Assembly: GCA_040954595.2 (NCBI GenBank)
Contig: CM082598.2
Coordinates: 4,024,607 to 4,088,606 of the forward strand
From: Balanoglossus misakiensis
Taxonomy: Eukaryota > Animalia > Hemichordata
Direction: 5' to 3'
Length of the DNA: 64,000 nucleotides
Shown here: piece by piece, positions 50,904 to 61,983 of the stretch
Layout of the letters: each line of letters opens with the position of its first letter
How positions within the stretch are numbered: position 1 is the first letter of the stretch
Position numbers and translations under genes: made by a program
Notes under the pieces: generated by a model
What the model saw: the letters and a program-made list of their open reading frames with translations, nothing else
Told to the model about the DNA's origin: nothing
Database searches by the model: none

Positions 50904-52653
50904 TCTGTAAAGGTGCTAAAGTTAATATTTTTAGAGCCTACTGTATTTTCCTCAAAGCATTCACATTGAATGACAGTAATGTTTAAAAATAGTGTTCGGG
51001 ATACACCGGTCCCAAAGTACTTTTTTGCATAAGCTAGTGTAAAAACTCTCAACATTAATTAATTCTGTATTTAATACATTTTCAGTGATGAGTTTTATTA
51101 TTATACATTTTACTTTTGAGTTGAAAAATTAATACTTTGATGAATTGAGAAACAAGTATTTGAAAACTTCTTTGAGAACAGACTTTCACAATGTCGCTCA
51201 CATGTCATCAACAAACCTTGCAGATAAAAGTTTATAGATTATTGTAGCTTGTTTAGCTTATAATATTGATATATAGTCCAAGCTCAAATACAAGTCTGTT
51301 TGCTTGTTTGTTTGTTTGTTTTGGGGGCTTGTGTTTTGTTTTGGTTGTGTTTTATTTGGGGGGGGGGGGTTAACCGTTTCTCCAGTGAGGGAAACTGGGT
51401 CTTAAGGTCATCGAAAGTTAAACACTTTAGGAATTTTGTAAGGTGTGAAACATTTTTATTCTTCCAGTCTGATGAATTTTTTTCTTCTGTTGATTTACCT
51501 TTCTCAATGTTTTTTTCTTTGGAAAAATGCATAAAATGTAGCTTATCTCAAAATGGTGACCATAAGATTTTATTTGAGAATTGAGTTTTATTGAGCTGTG
51601 TGCAGAATTTCATGAAAATGACAATACTAGAAGTGGGGGTTTCTAGCAATTTTCAATTAATTAAAACAATCCCACAGTTTATAGAGACATTCCACTCTCA
51701 TAGGGTATATATATCATTTCACATTATTTGAAGTAATATTTTGACACTTTGCAGTTTCATTTATTTTTAGTTGAGACTTTTAACTTTTTTATGAGTCACT
51801 GATAGTGGTCAGCATTATTATAATCAATTCTTATTCAAAATTATTTTATCATTTTACCTGTCTTCCAATGTTTGAATCAAATTTAATCTAATCACTCATA
51901 ATTTATATTTTTTTTAAATCTGTAATAATTTTGTAAAGTTTGAACTATTGTAAATATTATTTTTGATGATCTTCTTCATATTTGCCAATATTTCTTTGAA
52001 ATTTAAAAAAAATTGTGGTTGTGTTGCTTGATTTTTTTTCAGACCAGTTTTAAGTTTTTGCTTTTCAACCAGTAACATGCATTATTTCATTGAGGTTTTT
52101 TTATCTTCTTGAAAAGGTACTTGTTTAATATTACAATATACTTTGAGGACATTTTCAGATGCGTTGTACTTGCGATCTTTAAAACTTTTATTTTCAGATA
52201 AATTGGTAAAACAGTATGGTTTTCAGAGTAAAATTTCCATGTGTTGCATATATTTTCTTTAAACACATTGTGTAGTATACATAACATGTTTTGAGACAGC
52301 ATATTTTATTTTAAAGTGAATCCACTTTTTTAAAAAGCAGAATTTTTCACACCTTGAACCTGTGACTTTTGTCACTCTGACAACTTCTTCCAAATCCAGA
52401 CTAATACATGTACTAAACTTCTCTGTCATCTCCTTCAAATGCAATCATATTTCAATATCACACTTCAACATTTAGGTAGTATGGAGAAAAATAAGTTGTG
52501 ATTTTATGAAAACAAGACTGAACACATTTTTGTTTTGTTTTTAAAACTCCTTGCACACTTTAATATAGGATTGAATTGAAACTACCCCTGGTACTACCTT
52601 ACTCTTGTATACAACTTTAAGTTTCATGATTATTTTCACAACTTTTATGTTAT

Positions 52654-52749
52654 CACTGTTTTCTGGGAATAGACATCCACTACTTTAAGAATTTGAATAT
52701 ACACTGTTTTCTGGGAATAGACATCCACTACTTTAAGAATTTGAATATA
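52654..52749. repeat. Perfect 48-bp tandem duplication
   Basis: CACTGTTTTCTGGGAATAGACATCCACTACTTTAAGAATTTGAATATA x2. Confidence 0.95.
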
Positions 52750-53712
52750 CAGTGAAATGTACAGTAGGATGTTTTATGGAAAATTTGGAAAGTGAATAAA
52801 TTTTATTAAAGTAAAAAATACATAAATCTGGTTTGTGTTTCTTTTGGTAATGCATGTACATATACTATATGAAGTTGTCATGAATACTGGTTTATTATAT
52901 GCAAATGAAAAGTCATTTTAAGGCTAAAATGCAGTATCCATTAGGATTTTTTTTTCACTTAGTGGTTATATAAATAATGTTTCAAGTGCACACGTACAGT
53001 CGTCAAAATCAAGAAAAACAAGAGACTCCCATTAATGACGACGTTGGTGGCGCTTCCAATAATGCAATGGATCCATGCATCACCATGGACACCATCACGT
53101 TTGGATTGTTATTTTCCGCATCCTCGTATAGACTAGTCACGATTTTTTTTGATAGTTTGGTTTGTACGGTGGTTGACCTGGCATGGTATTGGTGTAGCTC
53201 TGCGTGGCGTGGTAGGGCTTTGTCTTACGGCGATTCCACACACCACAGTGGAGGAGGCATCGCCGTGAGACACACAGCCGTGCCCCGCAGCGCTGGCTGG
53301 GTGTTGGTGGTATCGCCACAGCGCAGACATGAGATGATGTCATGTTGCCAGTATTTCATTCACACCACCGTGTCTCCTTCCAGTGCAATCAAGTATTTTA
53401 CAGCAGAATCTATTATCGCGTACATGAAAATGCAAGTACATGTACAGCAATGCTGACGGGTAAGATCTATATGTCAGGGAACTACAGTACCATGTTTCCA
53501 TTATGATTTTCCCGCTCACGTATCAAGGACTAACAGAGCGAAATACTGCTAGCACGCAGTATTCGCACATCCATTTATAAACGCTTCAAAGAACAGGGAC
53601 CTCAAGGGTCTGACAATTTCTCTAAAAACAACTTACCGGTTTCCAGAAGTCGCTAGTGTACGTCTCCAAGCTTGACGTGCAGACGATCATGGGCACCTAC
53701 CAGATTCTGTGA

Positions 53713-53782
53713 GATCTCGCGAGAGTACACACTTGCGGCCAATCAGGAGTCACCCAGGCCGGGGAGTCACCAAGATCTCGCG
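53713..53782. promoter_or_regulatory. Promoter-like motif cluster (TCTCGCGAGA palindrome plus CCAAT)
   Basis: AGATCTCGCGAGA at ~53712, CCAATCA at ~53739, second AGATCTCGCG at ~53773. Confidence 0.4.
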
Positions 53783-55255
53783 TGGCTTTTATCTGAGACG
53801 AATATACCTTGACGCAAAATAATGTTCTGAGTCAAAATTGGCTAAAATCTAAGTCAAATACGGTTTTCACGTAAATACCTGACTGTATACGGTAACAGTT
53901 CTGTTGTTGACAGTTTTCGTGACCTGTTTGCAGCTCTGGGGGTTCTGTTAAGGTCATTATCATCATCACTGTTATTTCCATGGTCAAGGCTCAGTTAGGG
54001 AGGACTGTATCAACACCAGCCGTACCAGTCACCGAGTCAAGATCGTTAATACTGCCCTGGTAAGGTCGTTGACCTTACAAACGCCACGTGTACAAAACAC
54101 CACCACATCAAATCTGTATATCCAACAAATACCAGGCGAACATCGTCCTCCACTCGCAGGGGTCGATAGCTCGACTACAGTCTCCCAGTAACTAACTGAT
54201 TTCGGGGGGGGGGGGGGGCATCTATCTACCGCAAAGAGATCTTCGCAGGCGAAGATGCGAGGCGATACATCACGGCTGAACGTTTATCCACCACAAATAT
54301 ATTTTCGAGTCCTTTTTTCGTATTTCCAATTGACGCAATTACATGAAGCTTTTCGATGCGTTAATGTCACCATATCTACAGTCAATAATTTGTTAACTGA
54401 TGTCATGATTAAGATTTATTCCAATTCTCAAAATTACAGCTTGGTCAAATTCTTTAGTGTCATTGAACTTTGTGTACTTGGTACTCTGTTGAGACTGACG
54501 TTAGTTGTGATTCTGCATTCTCGGTCATAAGTGATGCATGGCGGTGTGTGTCGCTACTGACATCTGGTTTACTCCTCTGTAAACACACTACCATTCTCTG
54601 ACAGACAGTGTAGTTCTCCGTAAACACAGCGTCAAGTCCAAGGCCGGGTTCCCATCAGTTATCCCATTAACCCATAGCTACAGTTTCTCCACCAATTGAA
54701 ATATCTCGTGTCAACCTGTAGGGTTAGGGCGACCCAAATGAAAGTATCTCTGTATAGTTTCCTCAAACAAGAACGTAACCCCTCTTTCATAAAAAAAACT
54801 ACTCAAAACTTTGAGTCAATACTTTCAAATAAATATATCTATTCAATGTCAGAAACTTCGTAGAAAATTGTCCAGGTTTATGGTCATAGTAAACCAAGTT
54901 GACTGACGACAGTATATCCGTACTCCGTGTCAACGTTCTCTGCGATAAAATACAAGTTGTTGGCATATTAGCATCGCTCAGGTCGGGACAAGTACGTAGG
55001 TCTTCATGTGATTGACATGGTCACAAAAATATGCGGATTAATTTGTTATGATTTCAGTGGCACCGGACACAGCCGGGACTATTTTCTGTGACTTGTAGGC
55101 CCTACCACATCCCTGGTTCCTCAAGAAGATTTGCCAGTGGCTATTAGCGTTCACTGCACAGAGGGCATCCCGACGGACGGGGGCCACGCTGTATACTGTT
55201 TCTCCTTCGGTTTCTATCCAAGCACACTGCTCACTGGTTTACAACTTCTGGCACC

Positions 55256-56680
55256 ATGACGCGTTTCAACCTCCAGATCATCGCGTTAGCGCTTTTCTTC
55301 GTCGCTTTCACACCGCAAACTCTCTGTGAAGACATCGAAACGGATGTTCTAATCTTGGGCGGTGGCGTGAGCGGAATCATAGCAGCGGAAACTCTGTTGA
55401 GTAACGGAGTGGAGAACTTCATTGTCCTGGAGGGTGACGGTGAAATCGGCGGGCGGTTGAAATCCACCGACTTCCATGGCCTGCGGATAAATCTAGGAGC
55501 CAACTGGGTCCATTTCGCGGACAACGACGCCAACGTCATGTGGCGGATAAAAGAAGATTACAACATCAGCGGCGGTTTTTCCAACTACGACAACATCGTC
55601 ATGTACCACGAGAACGGAACAGAGGTCGATGAAGACGAAATGAATAGGGCATACGAGAAACTGTACCGCGCGCAAGTGGTTTCTGAGTACGAACTTTATG
55701 CGGCTATGAAGAACTGTGGTGGTAGCTGTATCAAGGATATGTCCGTGCGTTCGGGGCTGAAATTCGGGGGGTGGGACCCCGAGACGCCCGTGGAGATGAA
55801 TATTGAGTATTTCGAGTACGACGCCGAATATGGCGACGACCCCGATACCACGTCCCTGAACACAACTTTATACCTGTTTGAAGACAACACCGAGGATGAC
55901 TACTTCGTCTCAGACCCGCGGGGCTTTGATGTTTTCCTGCACGAAATTGCAGAGACATTTCCGGCAGGTGCAGTGAAGTTGAACAAGGTTGTCAAAGTTG
56001 TGGACTGGGCCAGTCTGGACGGGGTTGTCGTGCACACCGCGGACGGGGACACGTACACTGCCAAGCACGCCCTCTGCACGTTCAGCGTCGGTGTCTTGGA
56101 GAGTGACGAGGTGCAGTTTCGGCCAAAAATGCCCGACTGGAAATTGGCCGAACTCTACAAGTTCCGCATGGCGTGGTTTACCAAGATATTCCTGAAGTTC
56201 CCGGCTCAATTCTGGGCTGACAACGAATGGATTATGTACGCCAGCACCCGTCGTGGGTACTACCCCGCGTTTAGCAATCTCCAAGCAACGGGTCTGTTTC
56301 CCGAAGACACCAACCTGCTACTGCTATTTGTCATCGGTGACGAATCGCGCAGAATCGAAAACCAGGACGATGAAGAAACGAAAGAGGAGATCATGGCTGT
56401 ACTGAAGACCATATACGGCGACGAAATCCCTTCCCCGGACGACATCTATGTCACCAAGTGGGGCCTGGATCCCTTCCAACGCGGAAGTTTCAGCAACTGG
56501 CCGCCAGAAGTTTCCGAAGATTGCTTCAAGCGTCTCCAAGCGCCGCTCAATCATCTGCACTTCGCGGGAGAAGCTACCCACGAGAAGTACAACGGGTACC
56601 TCCAGGGGGCGTACATCACCGGTCGTGACCAAGCCCAGTTAATTCTCCAAAAAATGCACGGAACAGGCGAAGGCCACTAA
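55256..56680 (+). CDS. Secreted FAD-dependent polyamine oxidase, plant (maize PAO)-type, single coding exon, 474 aa
   Basis: Signal-peptide-like N-terminus; GGGVSG dinucleotide-binding motif; GGR...LGANW; FTKIFLKF (catalytic Lys region); RRGYY; SRRIE; GSFSNWP; FAGEAT...NGYLQGAY. GCACCATG Kozak; likely 5'UTR acceptor at 55222|55223. Confidence 0.93.
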   Translation: MTRFNLQIIALALFFVAFTPQTLCEDIETDVLILGGGVSGIIAAETLLSNGVENFIVLEGDGEIGGRLKSTDFHGLRINLGANWVHFADNDANVMWRIKEDYNISGGFSNYDNIVMYHENGTEVDEDEMNRAYEKLYRAQVVSEYELYAAMKNCGGSCIKDMSVRSGLKFGGWDPETPVEMNIEYFEYDAEYGDDPDTTSLNTTLYLFEDNTEDDYFVSDPRGFDVFLHEIAETFPAGAVKLNKVVKVVDWASLDGVVVHTADGDTYTAKHALCTFSVGVLESDEVQFRPKMPDWKLAELYKFRMAWFTKIFLKFPAQFWADNEWIMYASTRRGYYPAFSNLQATGLFPEDTNLLLLFVIGDESRRIENQDDEETKEEIMAVLKTIYGDEIPSPDDIYVTKWGLDPFQRGSFSNWPPEVSEDCFKRLQAPLNHLHFAGEATHEKYNGYLQGAYITGRDQAQLILQKMHGTGEGH

Positions 56681-57639
56681 TTTTATGCAACAGAGAAGTG
56701 ACCGATCTATCTGTTGTTGTTTTTTCTCTAACAATCCATGTGTGCGTATATCTTTTTTTCCAAAGCGTTTCGGTAGAATGTGCCTCGGGAAAAGATTATC
56801 CGGCATAAAAATGATATTCCTCCAAGACTTCCAATTCTTTGCTATATAAGCATGTGATAATTGCCTTTAAAATTTACCAATATTCAACAGTTTATACTGA
56901 CGGGAAGGCTGAAATATGATTGCTAATATTCAAGATTATGGCCACCAGTCAGCTATTTCGACGCTCATACGTAATTATTTACTTTTGGCCGACAATTGAC
57001 ACATTTTGCCCAAATGACTCTTAATACTATTTGACGTCGTTACATTCTGCTGTATTCGACAATGTCAACCTATGGTCTTTCGGATTGCATCTCTTAAAAT
57101 AGTTATATAGGCCTAATCTGTATTTGTGTTATTTTGATAATTTTTCATCGTGAATAAAAATCATACTCTCACACACACCATTCGAATACATTGTAACCAT
57201 TTTTCCGAAGTAAGTTTAAGCTTACATGCATTCGAAATGTCTTTAAAGGTTGAAATAAAGAGACGATTTTCGAAATTTACACCGACTTCTCAAGTTGGTG
57301 TCCTTTCCCGGTCTCTGTCATGTTCTGTACCTTGGATTTCGGCCATAAAAGATAAAAGGGAAAGGCAGGGCAAACAACATATGTGTTTCGCGGAACATTG
57401 TTTCCCAGTTCAACCACGTGATTTTAACGAATGGGTAATTCCCCTACCCACCGCCATCAAGGCCGCCATTTATTTTTTCCGAAGAGTCGCTCAATATCGC
57501 ATGCTGTCGAATAACGGTCAACAAAAGGCAATCAAGTTGGTCTCGTCAGTTCAAAGGTGTGTCAGTGTTCCTTGATCAGTTCCCCATATTGCCGATGTGC
57601 GAATGCCATTCTCTGATTGTTGATTTCTAGCTGAATACA

Positions 57640-59046
57640 ATGGCGGTCGTTGACACGGACAGCGGCCATTTTTTGAGTCACCTAGAAGACGACCATCTGA
57701 CGTGTCAGATATGCCTACAACGATATCAAGATGCCAGGGTACTTCCCTGCCAACATTACTACTGTAAGAAATGCTTGCTACAACTTGTCAAGGGCAAAAC
57801 TACGCTAAATTGTCCATCCTGTCGTGCCGTGTGTCGACTTCCGGGTGAGGGAGTGGCTGGACTGCCGAAATGCTTATCTGTGAATGCCTTCGTGTCATTA
57901 CTGGAGGAAAGAAACCAGGCATCGGGGGAGGGCAATGTAATGTGTGATGGATGTGATGAAAAGATTGCTGTACGAAGATGCCTTAATTGTGTGGCCAACC
58001 TTTGTAGCGTCTGTGGAAAGACACACACAAAAATGAGACTGACTAAAGAACACAAGCTACTGACATTGGAAGAGTACGAACAGTCAAAGTCCAATTTCAC
58101 CGAAGCAGGTCAGCTGAAAGTCACATGTGACTCACATGATAACGCCGACAAGATTTATTGCTTTGAGTGCAAAGATTCTGTGTGTCTTGAATGTACAGTG
58201 TTTGATCACGCACACCACAATCATGTTGGGCTGCTAGAGGCATCTGAAGGTGCAAAATCCAGAATACAGAACCTTCAAACAGATTTGCAGAAGAAACAAC
58301 GCCAGGTTTTTGCAAACGAGAAGAGAATAATGAATGCTGCGAAAGTCTTGCACGAATCGTTCGATCGTGAAAAGAGCAAGATTGAGGATTCTTCAAAGAA
58401 ACTGCTCCAAAAAGTGACAGAAAAGTTCGAGGCCATTAAACACCAAGTCTATGTCGACAGAACCGGTCTGATAGAGCATTTGCAAGCAGAGTATACGAAA
58501 ATCACTGAAAATATGTCAACTAGACTTGAATGTTTGGAAGCTGTTGAGAAGCATCTGTCTTCTGTGGAGTCCACATTGCAACAAGCAATACAGTTCTCCC
58601 CAGCAGAGATGGTTACAAGAGAAGACGTAGTGGTATCCGAAGTCGACAAAGAATTAAATATAGTCTTAGAAGATACAGCGTGCCGAGACGAAATTCCAGA
58701 ATTCGAACCGACGGAAAGTTTCGAAAATGTCCTCGACCAAATTGAACCCCAAAATCTGTCGTTAGGCAGATTCAAGGCATCAAAGCCGTCTACAGACATC
58801 GCTGCTGCAGGTCCATCTCGCACGCTCAATAGTACTACCGCGCAGGCGCAGCCGATACCATCTTCCTCCTCCCACACCCACCATGTTGATGATGGTTCTG
58901 TTGTTGCTGCTGCTGGTGGTGGTGGTGGTGTTGTCGATAACCGCAACGGTGACAGGCCTAATGCTAAGGCAGAAGATGATGAAACTCATGGCCATTTACA
59001 ACAAAACACAGAGATTCAAAAACAAGAAATTTATGGACTCTTTTAA
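57640..59046 (+). CDS. TRIM/RBCC E3 ubiquitin ligase (RING, B-box1, B-box2, coiled coil), 468 aa, ending in the first helix of a DUSP domain
   Basis: C3HC4 RING ([18 protein letters not shown]), B-box1 (CDGC..CLNC..LCSVC..H..H), B-box2 (CDSH..CFEC..VCLEC..HAHH), heptad-rich region. Acceptor TTCTAG at 57630 just before ACAATGG. Confidence 0.92.
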   Translation: MAVVDTDSGHFLSHLEDDHLTCQICLQRYQDARVLPCQHYYCKKCLLQLVKGKTTLNCPSCRAVCRLPGEGVAGLPKCLSVNAFVSLLEERNQASGEGNVMCDGCDEKIAVRRCLNCVANLCSVCGKTHTKMRLTKEHKLLTLEEYEQSKSNFTEAGQLKVTCDSHDNADKIYCFECKDSVCLECTVFDHAHHNHVGLLEASEGAKSRIQNLQTDLQKKQRQVFANEKRIMNAAKVLHESFDREKSKIEDSSKKLLQKVTEKFEAIKHQVYVDRTGLIEHLQAEYTKITENMSTRLECLEAVEKHLSSVESTLQQAIQFSPAEMVTREDVVVSEVDKELNIVLEDTACRDEIPEFEPTESFENVLDQIEPQNLSLGRFKASKPSTDIAAAGPSRTLNSTTAQAQPIPSSSSHTHHVDDGSVVAAAGGGGGVVDNRNGDRPNAKAEDDETHGHLQQNTEIQKQEIYGLF

Positions 59047-59693
59047 TAGAAACCGCGCTGAAAAAGGGCGATACGTGGTTTCTGGTTGACTCTCGGTGGT
59101 TTAAACAGTGGAAGAAATATGTGGGTTTTGATAGCCGGGACATGTCCGGTATGGGTGAACAGAGCAGTTACCCAGGTCTCATTGACAACAGTGGACTGTT
59201 CAAGGAAAACTCTGGTGATTTGAAAGAACACCTTACAGATGAGTTACATTATGTTCTCATTCCAGCGGAAGGATGGAAGAAACTCGCTTCATGGTATGGT
59301 ATTGTGGAGGGGCAGAAACCAATCGCAAGAAAAGTTATTGAGCTTGGGATGTTTGTGAAACACTGCAAAGTTGAAGTATATCTGATGGAACTCAAACTTT
59401 GCAAGTTCCCAGATGAACAAACCGTTGTTATAAAGCATTTCAGCAAGGCAGATACTGTCAGAGCAATTGAAGATTGTATGCGGAAAATATTCAAGGTTCC
59501 AAAGGGCAAAGATACGCGTGTTTGGAATAAATATATGAGTAATACATATGAACTTCTACACAATAGAAACAATACAGTTCAAGATGCCAACCTTTATCAG
59601 GGTCAGATCATTTGTCTCGAAGAGATAAACACTGATGGATCGTGGCCACGACAGGCGAAACCCCGGCAACAGTTCGAGTACAGGCTGGCATAG
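59043..59693 (+). CDS. USP4/USP15-derived DUSP-UBL module in the -1 frame relative to the TRIM ORF; no catalytic domain
   Basis: [31 protein letters not shown]...IDNSGL...LKEHL.DEL.Y...IARKV...[13 protein letters not shown]...FSKADT...[10 protein letters not shown]...LYQGQ...DGSWPR, collinear with the recalled USP15 N-terminus; stop at 59691-59693; no ATG before the domain start. Confidence 0.9.
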   Translation, partial: LIETALKKGDTWFLVDSRWFKQWKKYVGFDSRDMSGMGEQSSYPGLIDNSGLFKENSGDLKEHLTDELHYVLIPAEGWKKLASWYGIVEGQKPIARKVIELGMFVKHCKVEVYLMELKLCKFPDEQTVVIKHFSKADTVRAIEDCMRKIFKVPKGKDTRVWNKYMSNTYELLHNRNNTVQDANLYQGQIICLEEINTDGSWPRQAKPRQQFEYRLA

Positions 59694-60447
59694 AGTCTTG
59701 TCCATATACACCTATTGCGAATCTCGCACGTGCGCTATGCGGACTGTATACGGAAAGTGCGGTACTTGGAAAAAGTCGCTCCCGAAATACTACTCAGTTT
59801 ATTTTTGTAACAACTGCATTTAAGACTGGGAAACTATTACAGTACACATCCAAGAAATACTATTTTAATCACTGTTTGTGAGTTGTATACTCATGATACA
59901 AGACCCGGTCAAAGCAAACCGTGTCGCGATGAAAACAATTACGTCATTGAATTATTTCAACGCATTTGCTGCTGTCATGAACAAGTACATTGTGTTAATT
60001 TGTCAAGTTTTCGACTTCGTCCATTTTTAACTGATTGACCATTTGTGATGATATTCTTTTCCGCATTGCATTCTTTCCTAAAGTTTTGGAAACATGGAAT
60101 CCCTCACGTATATTCGCATTTATATGTTAAAGAAATACTGATGGTGGCATCTGAAATTAATGCATCTGTATGTGATTTTCTGGGATATGTTACAGTCTGA
60201 GCAGTAATCCGTCGATTTTGACGAGAAATGTAGATTCAAATAAGACATATACGCTGAAAATGTTTCAAATGTGTTTTAATGTCAGTCAACCACTGCATAC
60301 AATGCAATTTTAAAATTTGACAAAATAAATAAATTAAATACATGTACAAAACATTTAGATTTGAGATTTTAAAATCGTGATAGTTTCAACACCTGGTGCG
60401 CCCTGAGGCCTGGTCGGAAGGTCAATATGACCTTCAGGTGATAACTT

Positions 60448-61655
60448 TTATGAAATTCCGGGAAATCTGGATTTTATGATGTCTGGCACTTCATAACCGA
60501 ATAATGTGAAGTCAAGTTCATATTTTTTGTATAATCGAATAAGGTGATCCGTCGGAACTTTGGAATAATATTCCAGATAAACATCCTTCTGAGAGCTGTT
60601 GGTCACGTGGGTGTCATAGTCTGGAAAAGTCACGTCATGATCGGCATGGATTAGTTTTAACGCCTTTAGGGCGTCCTCTTGTAAATGTTCAAATTTCCCG
60701 ATGAAATCGTAACGCATGTTGCATACGTCACAAAGAGCGTACATGGGCTTCCAATGCATGTCCATGCGAGCTGTACTTGTTTGCGGGTCGATCAAGTATT
60801 GCACAAATTCGGGAAACGAGACTTTGATGTCTTTTGTGGATAAAAATGGCTGAGATGTCCTTCTGTACTTCCGTATGATGTATTTACCATACGTTCTTCG
60901 ATATGCTGCGTTGTTGGTCTCCATTTCAAATTTGTTCCTGTACGCAGACAGAAGTCTGTGAAAGGGTTCCCGTGTGAAGAAAAATGATGTGAAGGAAGCG
61001 AGGCGGGTCTGTTGCTCGTAGTTCGTTAGTCTTTTCAACGTCGGGTAGTGATGCTTATGTTGTACTTCTATGTGGTGTAGCCCGTCGACTGACGTGACGT
61101 CACCGTTCAAAACTAGCAACACCCGTTTCCAGCTCGTGGCGGCCACTTTAGGAACGGCACAGAAAATAAACCGGTATTTGTCATTGTAGTACATCGATCT
61201 TGGATTCTGGTCGAACTTTACTCCTCCGTTTCTAGCGGCACGGCACTTTTCCTCAAGTAAACCTATCCGATTTTCCGGCAAAGGTATGTCGTCACTGTCC
61301 TCGCTTGTGCGAGAATCCGTGACGTCAACAAAATCTGCGGTCCTTGTACTGTTGTGTTGTTGTACGTCAAATGTCTTTACGTCACTTATTCGCGCAATGT
61401 TTGAACGCGCCGTATAACGTGACGGCATACGCCCTGCAAAGAAAAGATATTTTAGTCACTTTTTAAACTTTTATTTATCGTAAAAACCATAATAAAGCTA
61501 GCAACTTGACTGCATAAAGGATATATAGCAACTTATCCAAATATGAAAGCAGTTGATACAGACTTCATGTACTTACCGACCGATATGACAATTAGGGTTG
61601 AAACCATGAACAGCGCTCCACACGTCAATATTATCTTCCTCGCTGTGAACCTCAT
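60448..61655 (-). CDS. Golgi carbohydrate sulfotransferase (Sulfotransfer_2 / CHST8-14, HNK-1ST family), 354 aa, two coding exons
   Basis: Exons 61655-61577 (MRFTARK plus TM helix, donor G|GTAAGT) and 61433-60448 (acceptor TTTGCAG). 5'-PSB motif VPKVAATSWK, 3'-PB motif REPFHRLLSAYRNK, HWKP, YDFIGKFE, DFTLFGY. Probable non-coding exon donor at 62480|GTAAGA. Confidence 0.93.
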
Positions 61656-61983
61656 CCTCCACCCTGTCTGGATTTTACCTGAAAACACACAAAGATGTTC
61701 TGATACAAACAGATTTAAGATAAATATGTATTGATGGGCAATGACAACTAGGAATACGTAAAACCCGGCTAAGACCGGAATAATGGAGAAAAGCATGAAA
61801 TAAGACCACATGTGCTTATTTCAATTCAAGAGTTTTCGTGTACACGTATACTGTGTTTTTTATGACTTGTCCATTTTTTTAACACGCGTCCTCGATCAAA
61901 TTAATTGGAGCTGCCGACGCGTCCTAGATGATTACTACAAATAAGTATGTATAATTATGTATCCGAGAATGACCTTGATGTCT

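Larger units (their letters stand above)
49039..52820 (+). other. Probable long E2F7/8 3'UTR
   Basis: U-rich sequence ending at AATAAA 52795-52800 (ATTAAA at 52805), followed by a GT/T-rich downstream element. Confidence 0.5.

Noticed and set aside
55256-56680. PAO as plant or fungal contamination
   Set aside because: Embedded collinearly between clearly animal genes, with ordinary intergenic flanks and a plausible 5'UTR splice acceptor.
59041-59089. Antizyme-style +1 frameshift at UUU-UAA
   Set aside because: The +1 frame stops after 14 codons ([14 protein letters not shown]); the DUSP-UBL is in the -1 frame.
59121-59693. Stand-alone functional USP15 gene
   Set aside because: The ORF-track start is an internal GTG, homology begins upstream inside the TRIM frame, and there is no catalytic domain.
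59725-59760. ALCGLY as a relic of the USP Cys-box lead-in (GLCGLxNLGNTC)
   Set aside because: Only a 4-residue match in another frame; NLGNTC is absent.
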